This document shows, one piece after another, positions 30,317-39,882 of a stretch of DNA of 56,569 nucleotides. Position 1 is the stretch's first letter. Every line of letters begins with the position of its first letter. The position numbers and the translations under genes were made by a program. This DNA is from Synechococcus sp. (lineage in GTDB: Bacteria > Cyanobacteriota > Cyanobacteriia > PCC-6307 > Cyanobiaceae): assembly GCA_012270465.1 (NCBI GenBank), contig JAAXIH010000103.1, forward strand, positions 1 through 56,569. The letters run 5' to 3'. The notes below the pieces were generated by a model. The model worked only from the letters and a program-made list of their open reading frames with translations. It searched no databases and had not been told where the DNA came from.

Positions 30317-31312
30317 ATGAAACCAGTCAAGGTGGGCGTGATCGGCATCGGCAACATGGGCTGGAACCACGCCCGTGTGCTGAGCCTGCTGCGCGATGCC
30401 GAGCTGGTGGGCGTTGCCGACCCCGATGCCGCCCGCGGCGCCTTAGCCACCGAACAGTTCGGTTGCCGCTGGTTTGCTGACTACAACGACCTGATCGCGG
30501 AGGTGGAAGCGGTTTGCATTGCCGTGCCAACCCTGCTGCACCACCCCGTGGGCATGGCCTGCCTCAAGGCCGGCGTGCATGTGCTGATTGAAAAGCCCAT
30601 TGCGGCCAATGAACAGGAAGCCGGTGAGCTAATCGCCGCAGCAGAACAGGCTGGCCGCTTGCTGCAAGTGGGCCACATCGAGCGCTTCAACCCAGCCTTT
30701 CGCGAGCTGCTCAACGTGGTGGCCAATGAAGAAGTGGTGGTGCTCGAAGGCCGGCGCCACAGCCCCCATGCCGATCGCGCCAACGATGTCTCGGTGGTGC
30801 TGGATCTGATGATCCACGACATCGACTTGGCCCTGGAGCTGGCTGGAGCCCCCGTGGTGGGATTTGCCGCGGCCGGCGGCCGCAGCAGCGACGGCCCCAT
30901 CGACTACGTCACCGCCACCTTGAATTTCGCCAATGGCGTGGCGGCCAGCCTCACCGCCAGCAAGATGAGCCACCGCAAGGAGCGCTGCCTCACGGCCCAT
31001 TGCCGCGACAGCCTGGTGGAGGCGGACTTCCTCAACCGCAACTTGCGCATCCACCGGCGCGCCCATGAGTCCTATTCCGCCACTCGGGGCGAACTGCTCT
31101 ATCGCCACGACGGCTTCATCGAAGAGGTGAGCATCTCCCCCACCGAGCCGCTCTACGCCGAGCTCGAGCACTTCCTGCAATGCGTGCGTGGTGCAGCCAA
31201 ACCAGCCGTCGATGGCCTGCAGGCCTCCAGGGCGTTGCGGCTGGCCGACCTGATTGAGCAGGCCGTTGAGCAGCCGCAGCAGAGCTTGCTGCAACTCGAC
31301 ACGCCGCTTTAA
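30317..31312 (+). CDS. Gfo/Idh/MocA family oxidoreductase
   Basis: GIGNMG, IEKP, GHIERFNPA and DLMIHDID motifs. Confidence 0.92.
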   Translation: MKPVKVGVIGIGNMGWNHARVLSLLRDAELVGVADPDAARGALATEQFGCRWFADYNDLIAEVEAVCIAVPTLLHHPVGMACLKAGVHVLIEKPIAANEQEAGELIAAAEQAGRLLQVGHIERFNPAFRELLNVVANEEVVVLEGRRHSPHADRANDVSVVLDLMIHDIDLALELAGAPVVGFAAAGGRSSDGPIDYVTATLNFANGVAASLTASKMSHRKERCLTAHCRDSLVEADFLNRNLRIHRRAHESYSATRGELLYRHDGFIEEVSISPTEPLYAELEHFLQCVRGAAKPAVDGLQASRALRLADLIEQAVEQPQQSLLQLDTPL

Positions 31313-34300
31313 GCCGCGATTTCGCTGTCGACCAATTGATGCAACGCCTCAACGCAAAGCTCGCGGCAGCGGGTTGGTGAGGCCCGGTAGAAGCCGTCCC
31401 AAGCGGCGGCCTTGTGGGAGCCGTAGTCGCTGAGGCGGTGGCTGGGGTCCTGCTCCAGCCAACCCAGCCGCACGGCATGGCCAATCACCACATCCAAGGC
31501 GATGTGGTCGTCAAAGCAGACATCGGGGTTCGCCTCAAAGAAGGCCATCAACGACAACAGCGCTTCGATGGAGAGTTGGCGGTACTCCGGCGCTTCGATC
31601 TTGCTGAGCAGGTGCTCCACCAACACCGCGAAGTTCTGCTCATCAGGCGTTTTCTCCGCGAGCAACGCGCTGTCGAGGCGGTTGCGGCGCTCCAACTTGT
31701 CGCCAATCAACAGCCCGCGGCAGTGCTGCAGCAGCCCCCACACACCGGGATAAAAATTGCGCGGCACCCACTGCAACGCCCCGCGGCGCACCCGGTGCTG
31801 CAGCCAGCAGCCACCGGTGGGTTTCTCGGCCACCGGCGCAGGGGCTTGCCACAGCGCTTGGCCGCGTAGATGCAGCTGCTCGCAGCGCTGCAAGGCCGCC
31901 CGAGCCCGGGTGAGATCAGCGAGCACCACCCCCAAACGCCGGAAAATGCCATGGGGGGGCAAAGCGCACAGGGCTTCAAAGGCTTCGGCTGAGCCGAGCT
32001 TGCGCTCGGACGCCAATTCGCTGGTGAGCAGCAGCAGCAACTGCCCCAGCTGGAAGGTCAAGGTGCCCTGAAGCAAGGCTGGGCGTTGGCGGGCCAAACC
32101 CTCGAGCGCCAGCAACAACTCCTGCTGCAGGATCGTCTCGCGGCTGTCTTCCCCGCTGAACTGGCGCATCCGCTGGGCGATGGCGGCGCTGTCGAGGGGC
32201 TCACTGATGCGCGAACGGCTGGTGTAGTTGCGGCCCACCACCAATTGGCGGTTGCGGGCGAGCAAATCATCGAGGGCATCCTCGAGGTGGGGGTGCACCA
32301 ACCCCAGCAGCCCAGCGCAGCGGCGCACCGGCTCCCAATCACCAGCCTCCAGGCTGCGGCGATAGACCGCCTCCACCATCTGGGCCACGGGCACCGGCAA
32401 GGCCTGATCAGGCGCCTGCACCTGAGCGGCAGCACCCAGGCGCAACTGCAACTGCTCCAGCAATTCCGCCTGCTCCCGCAGGGAGGTGCTGCCCCAGAGC
32501 TGGGCCGCCAAATCGAGGGGCGTGGTGGATTCCAGCTCCAGTTCTTGCTCCCGGTCGACCGTGAGCGAGCGGTAGCCGCTGGCCTGGGCCAATTGCAGTG
32601 GAATCGCCGGCAACGGCACAGCTGGCGGCAGCGCCGGCAACACCACCGGTTCGCAGGCGGCCGCCGCCCTGTGATCGGCCAGGGTGCCCAACTGCACCTC
32701 CACACCCCCCAGCGATCCCGAGGCCAAGCTGCGGGCCAGCTCCAACACCTGCTCACGGCGGCGGGCAAAAGGTGCCGCAGCAATCGGCACCAACAGCAGC
32801 GGCTCGCCATCGGCCAGCCAATGGCGTTGCAGCAACCGCAGCTCCCCCAGCAGGGCATCGGCCAGCTGCTCAGGGTCATCGGCCAGATAAAAGGTGCTCT
32901 CCTCGAGCACGGGGGGCAAAAACGCCGTCAGCTGCTCGCCGCAGCGGTAGAGCCTGGCCACCGCCAAGGTGGCGGTGGTGCCCTCCGGCGGCCCGCTCAG
33001 CCCCAAGCTCTCGCAGCGCCCCAATGGGGCCAGCGCCTGGGCCAGCCGATGGGACGACTCAATGGCCACATCGCCATCACCTGGGGTGACGATCGGCAGG
33101 CCTTCACGGCTCAAACCGGCGGCCACCGCAGCATCGCCGGGCACCAACGCCAGCCGCACCCGCTGACAGCCAGGACGACGCGGCAACCGCCGGCCGCAGG
33201 GATCCAAGTCCTCGGGCGTAATCCAGCGGGCTAACAGCAACTGACCCAGCAACCAGAGGCTCTGACTCCACAGCAAGGGCACGTTGTCGTTGGCCTCGCG
33301 CCGCTGGCTGCCAGGGGATTGGCGCTCAGCCTCCACCGCCTCAGCCGGGACCCGATACAGCTCAGGCAGCAACGCGTCCTCGCCGCGCTGAACCGCAAGC
33401 TGCTGCAGCTGCTGATCCAAGTCTGCGGCCTGCTGCCAACGCTCCTCCATGCAGGCGCTGACCAACTCAAAGGCCAAAAACAGGGGCCATTGGCATTCGA
33501 TGCCTTCAAAGCAAGCCAGCTCCTCGGGCTCGTAGTGCAGGCGTGTGCTGTCCTCCACCACGGTCTGATGGCCATCGCGGCGGAAGCGGCTGTAGCCATA
33601 GCGGCCCCCCAGCTCCCGGTGGATGGCGGCTTGGGTGCGGGCGCGCAGCTCATCGCCCTCAACGCCCCAGGAGGGGTAGCCAATTACCGCCAGGCACCCG
33701 CTATCGACCTCCTTGCTGGCCGATTCCCGCGGCAGCAGAGCCTCCAAGGCGCGCCTGAGGCGCAGCACCGCATCGGGCGGCACCCAAAGGATGTGGCGGC
33801 CATCGCCATGGGGCCCAAAGGGATCCAAGCCAGCACTGGCCTCCAAGGCCGCTTTCACCAAGCCAATCGAGCTGGCATTGCGCTCGGGGGCGCCGTTGTT
33901 GCCCTTGTCGCCGCGCTCCCAAATGCCGTAATCCGCCACCCGGTAGGCGCGGCAGAGGTAATAGATCAGGTTTTGCACAAAGGCGGCCTGGGCCGCATTG
34001 GCCACCACCACCAGGCCTGAGCGCGTGAGCTGCGCCAGCTGCAACACAAACAGGGATGTGGCATCGAGCTGCAAATGCCCCCAGGCGTTGTCCGCCACCA
34101 CCGGCTGGCCGGTCGCGGTGTCGTATTTGGCATGCAAGGCATCGAGCAGCTCCTGGCTCGCCTTGAAGCGTTCCACCTTGGCCGCCTGGGCCATCATCGA
34201 GCGCATCAAGCCGCGCATCAGCGCCAGCACGCTCTGCTCCAGCGCATACACGCGCGCAGGCCGTTGCCCTTGACGCCGCCAGGCCAGCGCCAGACCCCAG

Positions 34301-34500
34301 ATGGCCTGAACGGTGTAGACGTTGTCGCGCACCCAGGCGTCGCCGTAATTGCCGTGCACCGTGTTGGCGGTGCTAGCCGGCATCAGGCCCGTGATCGGGT
34401 GCTGCCTAGCCAGGAACACACGGTCCACCTGGGCATCGAGGCGTTCCAGTTGCTCCAGTGCCGGGCCAGCACTGGTCTGCGTTGTCAGGCTGGTCATCAT
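31309..34500 (-). CDS. Glycoside hydrolase family 15-like protein, phosphorylase kinase alpha/beta homolog
   Basis: DAWVRDNVY, LHAKY, WGHLQLDA, DYGIWERGDK, RFRRDG and ECQWPLF; 1063 aa. Confidence 0.87.
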   Translation of the reverse strand: MMTSLTTQTSAGPALEQLERLDAQVDRVFLARQHPITGLMPASTANTVHGNYGDAWVRDNVYTVQAIWGLALAWRRQGQRPARVYALEQSVLALMRGLMRSMMAQAAKVERFKASQELLDALHAKYDTATGQPVVADNAWGHLQLDATSLFVLQLAQLTRSGLVVVANAAQAAFVQNLIYYLCRAYRVADYGIWERGDKGNNGAPERNASSIGLVKAALEASAGLDPFGPHGDGRHILWVPPDAVLRLRRALEALLPRESASKEVDSGCLAVIGYPSWGVEGDELRARTQAAIHRELGGRYGYSRFRRDGHQTVVEDSTRLHYEPEELACFEGIECQWPLFLAFELVSACMEERWQQAADLDQQLQQLAVQRGEDALLPELYRVPAEAVEAERQSPGSQRREANDNVPLLWSQSLWLLGQLLLARWITPEDLDPCGRRLPRRPGCQRVRLALVPGDAAVAAGLSREGLPIVTPGDGDVAIESSHRLAQALAPLGRCESLGLSGPPEGTTATLAVARLYRCGEQLTAFLPPVLEESTFYLADDPEQLADALLGELRLLQRHWLADGEPLLLVPIAAAPFARRREQVLELARSLASGSLGGVEVQLGTLADHRAAAACEPVVLPALPPAVPLPAIPLQLAQASGYRSLTVDREQELELESTTPLDLAAQLWGSTSLREQAELLEQLQLRLGAAAQVQAPDQALPVPVAQMVEAVYRRSLEAGDWEPVRRCAGLLGLVHPHLEDALDDLLARNRQLVVGRNYTSRSRISEPLDSAAIAQRMRQFSGEDSRETILQQELLLALEGLARQRPALLQGTLTFQLGQLLLLLTSELASERKLGSAEAFEALCALPPHGIFRRLGVVLADLTRARAALQRCEQLHLRGQALWQAPAPVAEKPTGGCWLQHRVRRGALQWVPRNFYPGVWGLLQHCRGLLIGDKLERRNRLDSALLAEKTPDEQNFAVLVEHLLSKIEAPEYRQLSIEALLSLMAFFEANPDVCFDDHIALDVVIGHAVRLGWLEQDPSHRLSDYGSHKAAAWDGFYRASPTRCRELCVEALHQLVDSEIAA

Positions 34501-34533
34501 CGATCAGATTCTCTCGCGTCAGCGGCTCTGCCC

Positions 34534-35307
34534 ATGTCCTCAGCCCCCAGCCCCTGTGACCGCCAGCAGGTGCTCGGGATGCCGGTCGACGTTTGCCCGG
34601 ATGTGCTCGCGGCCGCGGTGGAACTGCACCGCAATGGCGGCGGGCAGCTGGTCACCCTCAATGCCGAGATGACGATGACGGCGCTCGCCCAGCCAGAGCT
34701 GGGGCAAGCGATTCGAGCCGCGGACCTGGTGATTCCCGATGGTGCGGGGGTGGTGTGGGCCTTGCGGCGCCAAGGCATTCGGGTGCGCCGCAGCCCTGGC
34801 ATTGAGCTCGCCCATGACCTGCTGGCCCATGCCGCCCAACATCACTGGCGCGTGGCCCTGGTGGGGGCGAGCCCGGCGGTGATGGGCCAGCTCAGCGAGC
34901 AGCTCCCCCTCGATCACCCGGGCCTGCAGCTGGTGATGGCCGTGCATGGCTTTCAAGCGCCCGAAGCCTGGCCGGGGCTGGAACATCAGCTGCTCACGCT
35001 GAAGCCTGATCTGGTGCTAGCGGCCTTGGGCGTGCCGCGGCAGGAAACCTGGATCGAGCGCCTGCACCCGAACCAAGGGGGGCTGTGGATGGGCGTTGGC
35101 GGCAGTTTTGATGTGTGGTCAGGGCAAAAGAAAAGGGCCCCCCAATGGATGGGAGCCCTTCAAATCGAGTGGCTGTACCGATTGCTTCAGGAACCCAGCC
35201 GCTGGCGCCGCATGCTGTCGCTGCCGCAGTTCGCCTGGGCTGTGATCAGCGGAAACCCACCGAGGCCTGCCACACAAAGGCCAGAAGCAGGAAAAAGACC
35301 GGGATAA
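34534..35307 (+). CDS. WecB/TagA/CpsF family glycosyltransferase
   Basis: TLNAE, PDGAG, LGVPRQE, GVGGSFD and EWLYRL motifs. Confidence 0.92.
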
Positions 35308-35389
35308 GCGGAAGGATGTCCACGAGCGGGCCAAAGGCGCGGTAAGCCTCGGGAAGCTGGGCCAACAGAGGCAGTGCAGCGTTCACCAT
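35246..35389 (-). CDS. psbK: Photosystem II reaction center protein K (47 aa), absent from the ORF track
   Basis: Hand translation [47 protein letters not shown]; directly downstream of tgt. Confidence 0.97.
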
Positions 35390-35419
35390 CGTGGTCGCAA
35401 ACCAAGCAGTCGCTGGACG

Positions 35420-36553
35420 CTACCACGTGTGGGCCGCCGGTGAGTTCGGCTCCCAAGGAGCGAAATGCTCTGAAAAACAACCCTGCTCAATGGCCTGGGC
35501 CATCGCTTTGGTGTAGCGGATCAACTGCGTGAGGTTGTGCAGGCTCAGCAGCGTCAACCCGAGGATTTCATCGCTCTTGATCAGGTGATGCAGGTAAGCC
35601 CGGCTGTGCTGTTGGCAGCAGGCACAGGGGCAACTGGGATCCAGGGGGGTGTGATCCTCCCGGAAGCGGGCATTTTTGAGATTCCAGCGCTCACCGTTCA
35701 CCAGCGCCGCTCCATGGCGGCCCAAACGTGTTGGAAGCACACAATCAAATAGATCCACCCCATGGGCCACGGCTTGCGCCATCTCCGGCAGGGTGCCCAC
35801 CCCCATCAGGTAGCGGGGCTTGTGCTCCGGCAGCAGCGGCGTGCACCAGCGCACCACCTCATGCATGGCCGCTGCAGGCTCGCCCACGCTGACCCCGCCA
35901 ATGGCACAGCCGGGCAAATCAAAGCTGGCGATCACCCGGGCTGATTCTTCGCGCAGGTCTTGGAAAACGCCCCCTTGCACGATTCCAAACAGCGCCTGAT
36001 CCGGTCGCTGATGGGCCGTGACACAGCGCTCTAACCAGCGGTGCGTGCGGCCGCAGGCCTCGCGCACATCCTCATGACTGGCGGGGTAAGGAGGGCACTG
36101 ATCGAAGGCCATGGCCACATCAGCCCCCAGCTGCTCTTGGATCGCCATCGAGCGCTCGGGGGTGAGCTCAACCACCGAGCCATCTCGGGGGGATTGGAAG
36201 GTGACGCCGCGCTCTTTGATCGCATTGAGGCTCGCCAGGCTGAACACCTGGAACCCGCCCGAGTCGGTGAGCATCGGCCCAGACCAACCCATGAAGCGGT
36301 GCAGACCGCCGGCGGCCGCCACGATCGATTCGCCCGGTTGCAGATGCAGATGGAAGGTGTTGGAGAGCACCATCTGCGCATCCGTGCTGCGCAGTTGCTC
36401 GGCGCTGATGCCCTTGACCGTGGCAGCGGTGCCCACCGGCATGAAACGTGGGGTCTCCACCACGCCATGGGGGGTGTGGAAGCGCCCCGTGCGGGCCTGG
36501 GTATGGGGGCAGCGATGCAGCAGCTCGAATTGGAACGGAGCAGCAGTGCTCAA
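35420..36553 (-). CDS. tgt: Queuine tRNA-ribosyltransferase
   Basis: [24 protein letters not shown] and Zn motif CPCACC; start codon approximate. Confidence 0.96.
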   Translation of the reverse strand: MSTAAPFQFELLHRCPHTQARTGRFHTPHGVVETPRFMPVGTAATVKGISAEQLRSTDAQMVLSNTFHLHLQPGESIVAAAGGLHRFMGWSGPMLTDSGGFQVFSLASLNAIKERGVTFQSPRDGSVVELTPERSMAIQEQLGADVAMAFDQCPPYPASHEDVREACGRTHRWLERCVTAHQRPDQALFGIVQGGVFQDLREESARVIASFDLPGCAIGGVSVGEPAAAMHEVVRWCTPLLPEHKPRYLMGVGTLPEMAQAVAHGVDLFDCVLPTRLGRHGAALVNGERWNLKNARFREDHTPLDPSCPCACCQQHSRAYLHHLIKSDEILGLTLLSLHNLTQLIRYTKAMAQAIEQGCFSEHFAPWEPNSPAAHTW

Positions 36554-36619
36554 CACCCAACAGCAGCGCAACTCTCACCCTATGGCGAGGCGCAGGATGG
36601 AGGCAGCACCCAACCGCTG

Positions 36620-37375
36620 ATGCTCAGGTGGTGGCCCGATCTAGCCGGAAGCTGGATCTTCTACACAACGCTCCCGCTCTGGCCTGGGGTGACGCCGCGC
36701 TTTGAGCGGATCGCCCGGTTTGCGCCGGTGATTGGTGTGTTCATCGGCGGCGCGCAAGCCGCCCTCTGGCTGCTGGGCCGCGAACTGGGGGTGCCCAGCG
36801 CCAGCTGCGCCCTGCTGGTGCTGGCCCTGGGGCTGTGGCTCACCGGCGGTTTGCACCTCGACGGGGCGATGGACACCGGCGATGGCTTGGCCGCCGGCCC
36901 CCGCTGCCTGGCCGCCATGGCCGACAGCCGCATCGGTGCCAGCGGCTTGGTGGCTGGATTGATGGTGCTGCTGCTCAAACTCGGCGCCCTGCTGGGCCTC
37001 GCTGCTTTGGCCCCCACCCTGTTGATCTGGAGTGCGGTCTGGGGCCGCATCGCCCCGCTGCTGGCCATCGCCTGGTTCCCCTATCTCAGGGCCGAAGGCA
37101 GTGGTGGCTTTCACCGGTTGAACCGTCAGCCCCTGCTGAAAGAACTGCTGCCAGCAGCCGCTGTGCTGGGACTGCTGATTGGCCTCAGCCTCAGCCCTCC
37201 CGGCACGCGCACGGTGCTCGCTGGGCTCTGCGGTGTGATTCCAACGCTGCTGGTGCCGCGTCTGCTGGGCCAGCGCTTGGGAGGCCACACCGGCGATAGC
37301 TATGGCGCCTGTGTGGAGTGGACCGAAGCCTTCACGCTGTGGAGCGGCTGGCTGATGCTGCGGCTGCTGAGCTGA
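36620..37375 (+). CDS. cobS: Adenosylcobinamide-GDP ribazoletransferase (cobalamin synthase)
   Basis: TGGLHLDG..DTGDG, MADSRIG and GGHTGDSYGA motifs. Confidence 0.92.
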   Translation: MLRWWPDLAGSWIFYTTLPLWPGVTPRFERIARFAPVIGVFIGGAQAALWLLGRELGVPSASCALLVLALGLWLTGGLHLDGAMDTGDGLAAGPRCLAAMADSRIGASGLVAGLMVLLLKLGALLGLAALAPTLLIWSAVWGRIAPLLAIAWFPYLRAEGSGGFHRLNRQPLLKELLPAAAVLGLLIGLSLSPPGTRTVLAGLCGVIPTLLVPRLLGQRLGGHTGDSYGACVEWTEAFTLWSGWLMLRLLS

Positions 37376-38474
37376 GCGGCAGCGTTAAGACAAAGGCATT
37401 CCCCGCCGCTGGCAAACCTGGCGCCAAGGCACTGGCAGGGATTTGCAGCTGCAAGCTGCCGCCGCTGGCCTCAGCTTGATCGCGGGCCAAGGCCAAGCCC
37501 AAGCCCGTGCCGCTGAGCTTGGCTCCATGGCGGCCGCGCTCGCCGCGCCGAAAGATGCGTTCGCGTTCCTCAACGTCGATGAGTGGGCCGCTGTCCCAAA
37601 CCGCCAGCTGCAGCTGATCGGACTCCAAAGCGATCCAAAGCCCCAAATCGCCGCCTGGATCGCTGTAGCGAAAAGCGTTTTCCAGCAGGTTGGCCACAAT
37701 TTCACCCACCGTGGCCGCCGGCACGGGGACCGCCGGCACAGATCCAGGGGGATGCCAGAGCCGGCCTTGAAGCTTGGCCGTTGCTGCAGCGCGGGCCAGC
37801 AGCGGCTCCAAACACTGGCTGAGCGAACGGGGCTGCTCAGGCGCCAACACCGGTGGCAGCAGCAGCGGCGCCTCAGTGCCGCTGGCCTGGGGCAACACCA
37901 AGCCGGCCTCCGAGCTGCTCAGGGCGTCCAGGTAGCCCGCCAACGACTGCTGCTCATCGAGCAGATGCTCCACCAGTTCGCGGCGCTCATCACCGGCTTC
38001 AACCCGGCGCAGCAACAGCTGCGTAAAGGTGCGCAAAGCAGCTAAGGGGTTGCGCATCTGATGCACCAACAGATCGCGCTGACGCCGCTCCCGTTGCAGC
38101 TCGCCTTGCCAGCGCTGCTGCTCCAGGTCCAGCAGCAGGGCCTGAGCCAACACCTGGGCCGCGCTCTGCAAGCGCTGATTGAGGAGCTCTGGCCACTGCC
38201 CCTGGGCGCTATCGACCCGCAGAGCACCAATCACAGCGGACTCCTGCCGCAAGGGCAGCCACCGGCGCGATTGCTGGGGAGTGAGTAGGGGCGCCGCCTC
38301 AGCGGCCGGCTCCAACCGGGTTTCCGTGAGCGGCCAGGCCTGCACCAATTGGAGCTGCAACTCGCCATCGGCCGCGGGCATGGCCACATAGACACCGAGG
38401 CCCACCAGCTCTTGACAATCACAGAACTGGTCAAGCTGCTGAGCGACCAGTTGGCGGAACCGCTCAGAGATCAT
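37332..38474 (-). CDS. Sensor histidine kinase, probable Hik2/CSK ortholog
   Basis: H-box HQMRNPLAALRTF, N-box NLLENAFRY, DSGP and GTGLGL; no TM segment; GAF-like N-terminus. Confidence 0.85.
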   Translation of the reverse strand: MISERFRQLVAQQLDQFCDCQELVGLGVYVAMPAADGELQLQLVQAWPLTETRLEPAAEAAPLLTPQQSRRWLPLRQESAVIGALRVDSAQGQWPELLNQRLQSAAQVLAQALLLDLEQQRWQGELQRERRQRDLLVHQMRNPLAALRTFTQLLLRRVEAGDERRELVEHLLDEQQSLAGYLDALSSSEAGLVLPQASGTEAPLLLPPVLAPEQPRSLSQCLEPLLARAAATAKLQGRLWHPPGSVPAVPVPAATVGEIVANLLENAFRYSDPGGDLGLWIALESDQLQLAVWDSGPLIDVEERERIFRRGERGRHGAKLSGTGLGLALARDQAEASGGSLQLQIPASALAPGLPAAGNAFVLTLPLSSAAAASASRSTA

Positions 38475-38520
38475 GGCGTCGCCTGGTCGCTAGCGCCTCG
38501 ACAGGGCAACCACAAGGGGC

Positions 38521-38548
38521 TTGCCAAATTCGGAGAAAGTCTTAAGAT
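38521..38548 (+). promoter_or_regulatory. Putative sigma70-type promoter upstream of the DUF3155 leader
   Basis: TTGCCA (38521)-N16-TAAGAT (38543). Confidence 0.5.
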
Positions 38549-38872
38549 TGTATCTACGACCACTACTTCCCAGTCCCGGATCACTGGTGCTGAGGAACAG
38601 GTCCCATCACACACCGGAACTTTTCTGGCGATTCCCTGCCGGAAAGGTTACAGCAGAGGTTGTTATCACCCCTGCGCCCTTCCCATAGCCGAATGGTGAA
38701 GACCGGTGGGGCCATCTCAGCCATGGATCTTTCCCGATCCCAGTTCCGGTCGACAGACGTATGGGCGCTGCAGGTTTACCTGCGCCTTTAAGAGCCGGCT
38801 CCGGTGTCGTTTTGCGGCCCCGGTCGACTTGTTTTGTCCGATCCACAGCCCACCCCGTAAGGGGTTCTTCCC

Positions 38873-39241
38873 ATGTCGAAAAAGCGCAAGCGCGTCAGCC
38901 GCCGCCGCCTGGCTGGCCAACGGGTTCTGGCCCACGTTCCGACCCACAACCTCGATACCGGCGAGCACAAGCCTGTGACCGCCGCCCGTCGCTACATCGC
39001 CAAATCCAATTTGGTGCCGCCGGCTCTGGTGAACGTGCGCCGCAACGAGCACACCACCGACCGCTTCTTCTGGGGTGAGAAAGGTCTGTTCAGCGCCCAG
39101 TACGCCGAAGAGAACCACTTCCTCTTCCCTTCGCTGCGCACGATTGTTGATTCCGTGGGCGAAGACACCATCTTTGCTGGCCTCGAAGCCACCTCCGACG
39201 ACTGGGAGGAGATGGAGGAGTACGAGTACGCCTTCGTTTAA
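38873..39241 (+). CDS. DUF3155 family cyanobacterial protein
   Basis: Basic N-terminus (KKRKRVSRRR), KPVTAARRYI, RNEHTTDRFFWGEKGLFSAQYAEENHFLFPSL, acidic tail. Confidence 0.85.
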   Translation: MSKKRKRVSRRRLAGQRVLAHVPTHNLDTGEHKPVTAARRYIAKSNLVPPALVNVRRNEHTTDRFFWGEKGLFSAQYAEENHFLFPSLRTIVDSVGEDTIFAGLEATSDDWEEMEEYEYAFV

Positions 39242-39250
39242 GCCACTGGC

Positions 39251-39823
39251 TTACAGGGCCGCCAAAAACTCGGCGGCCCGCTCAATGGCTTCGATCGGAA
39301 TCGTGTGACCGCCCGCAAAGGTGAACACCTCCACTTGGCCGCCCACACGAGAAATTTCAGCGGCGAGTGCGGCTTGAGCGGCCACGGGCACCACGGCATC
39401 GTCTGCGCCGTGCATCAAGAGCGTTGGAGCCTGGGGCGCTTGCGTCAGGCTCCAATCGGGATGGGGATAGCCACTGCAACCAATCACCCCGGCCAAGGGC
39501 CTGCTGAGGCCCACCTCAATGGCCATGGCGGCTCCCTGAGAGAACCCAAACAGCACCACGGGTTCGGAGCCAGCCGCCTGTAATTCGGTATCCAGCTTGA
39601 TCGCCAATTTGCTGACAGCCTGCGGCTTCTGAGGCCAACCAGGGGTGTTGAGGTCGTACCACTGCCTCGCGCCACCACCTGCAGGGTGCAGATCAGGCGC
39701 ATCCCACGACTGCACCTGCAACGCCGCCGCTTCAGGAGGCAGCTGGGCCTGCAAGGCCGCGCCCAAGGGCAAGAGATCAGCGGCATTGGCCCCCCAGCCA
39801 TGCAGAAAGATCAGGCGCATCAA
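39251..39823 (-). CDS. Alpha/beta hydrolase (phospholipase/carboxylesterase)
   Basis: LHGWG, GFSQG, HGADD and GGH motifs. Confidence 0.9.
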   Translation of the reverse strand: MMRLIFLHGWGANAADLLPLGAALQAQLPPEAAALQVQSWDAPDLHPAGGGARQWYDLNTPGWPQKPQAVSKLAIKLDTELQAAGSEPVVLFGFSQGAAMAIEVGLSRPLAGVIGCSGYPHPDWSLTQAPQAPTLLMHGADDAVVPVAAQAALAAEISRVGGQVEVFTFAGGHTIPIEAIERAAEFLAAL

Positions 39824-39882
39824 CCAACAGCAGCGTCAGGACCACCCCATACCATCAGAGATTGGCTGTCCCTGCGATCTCC

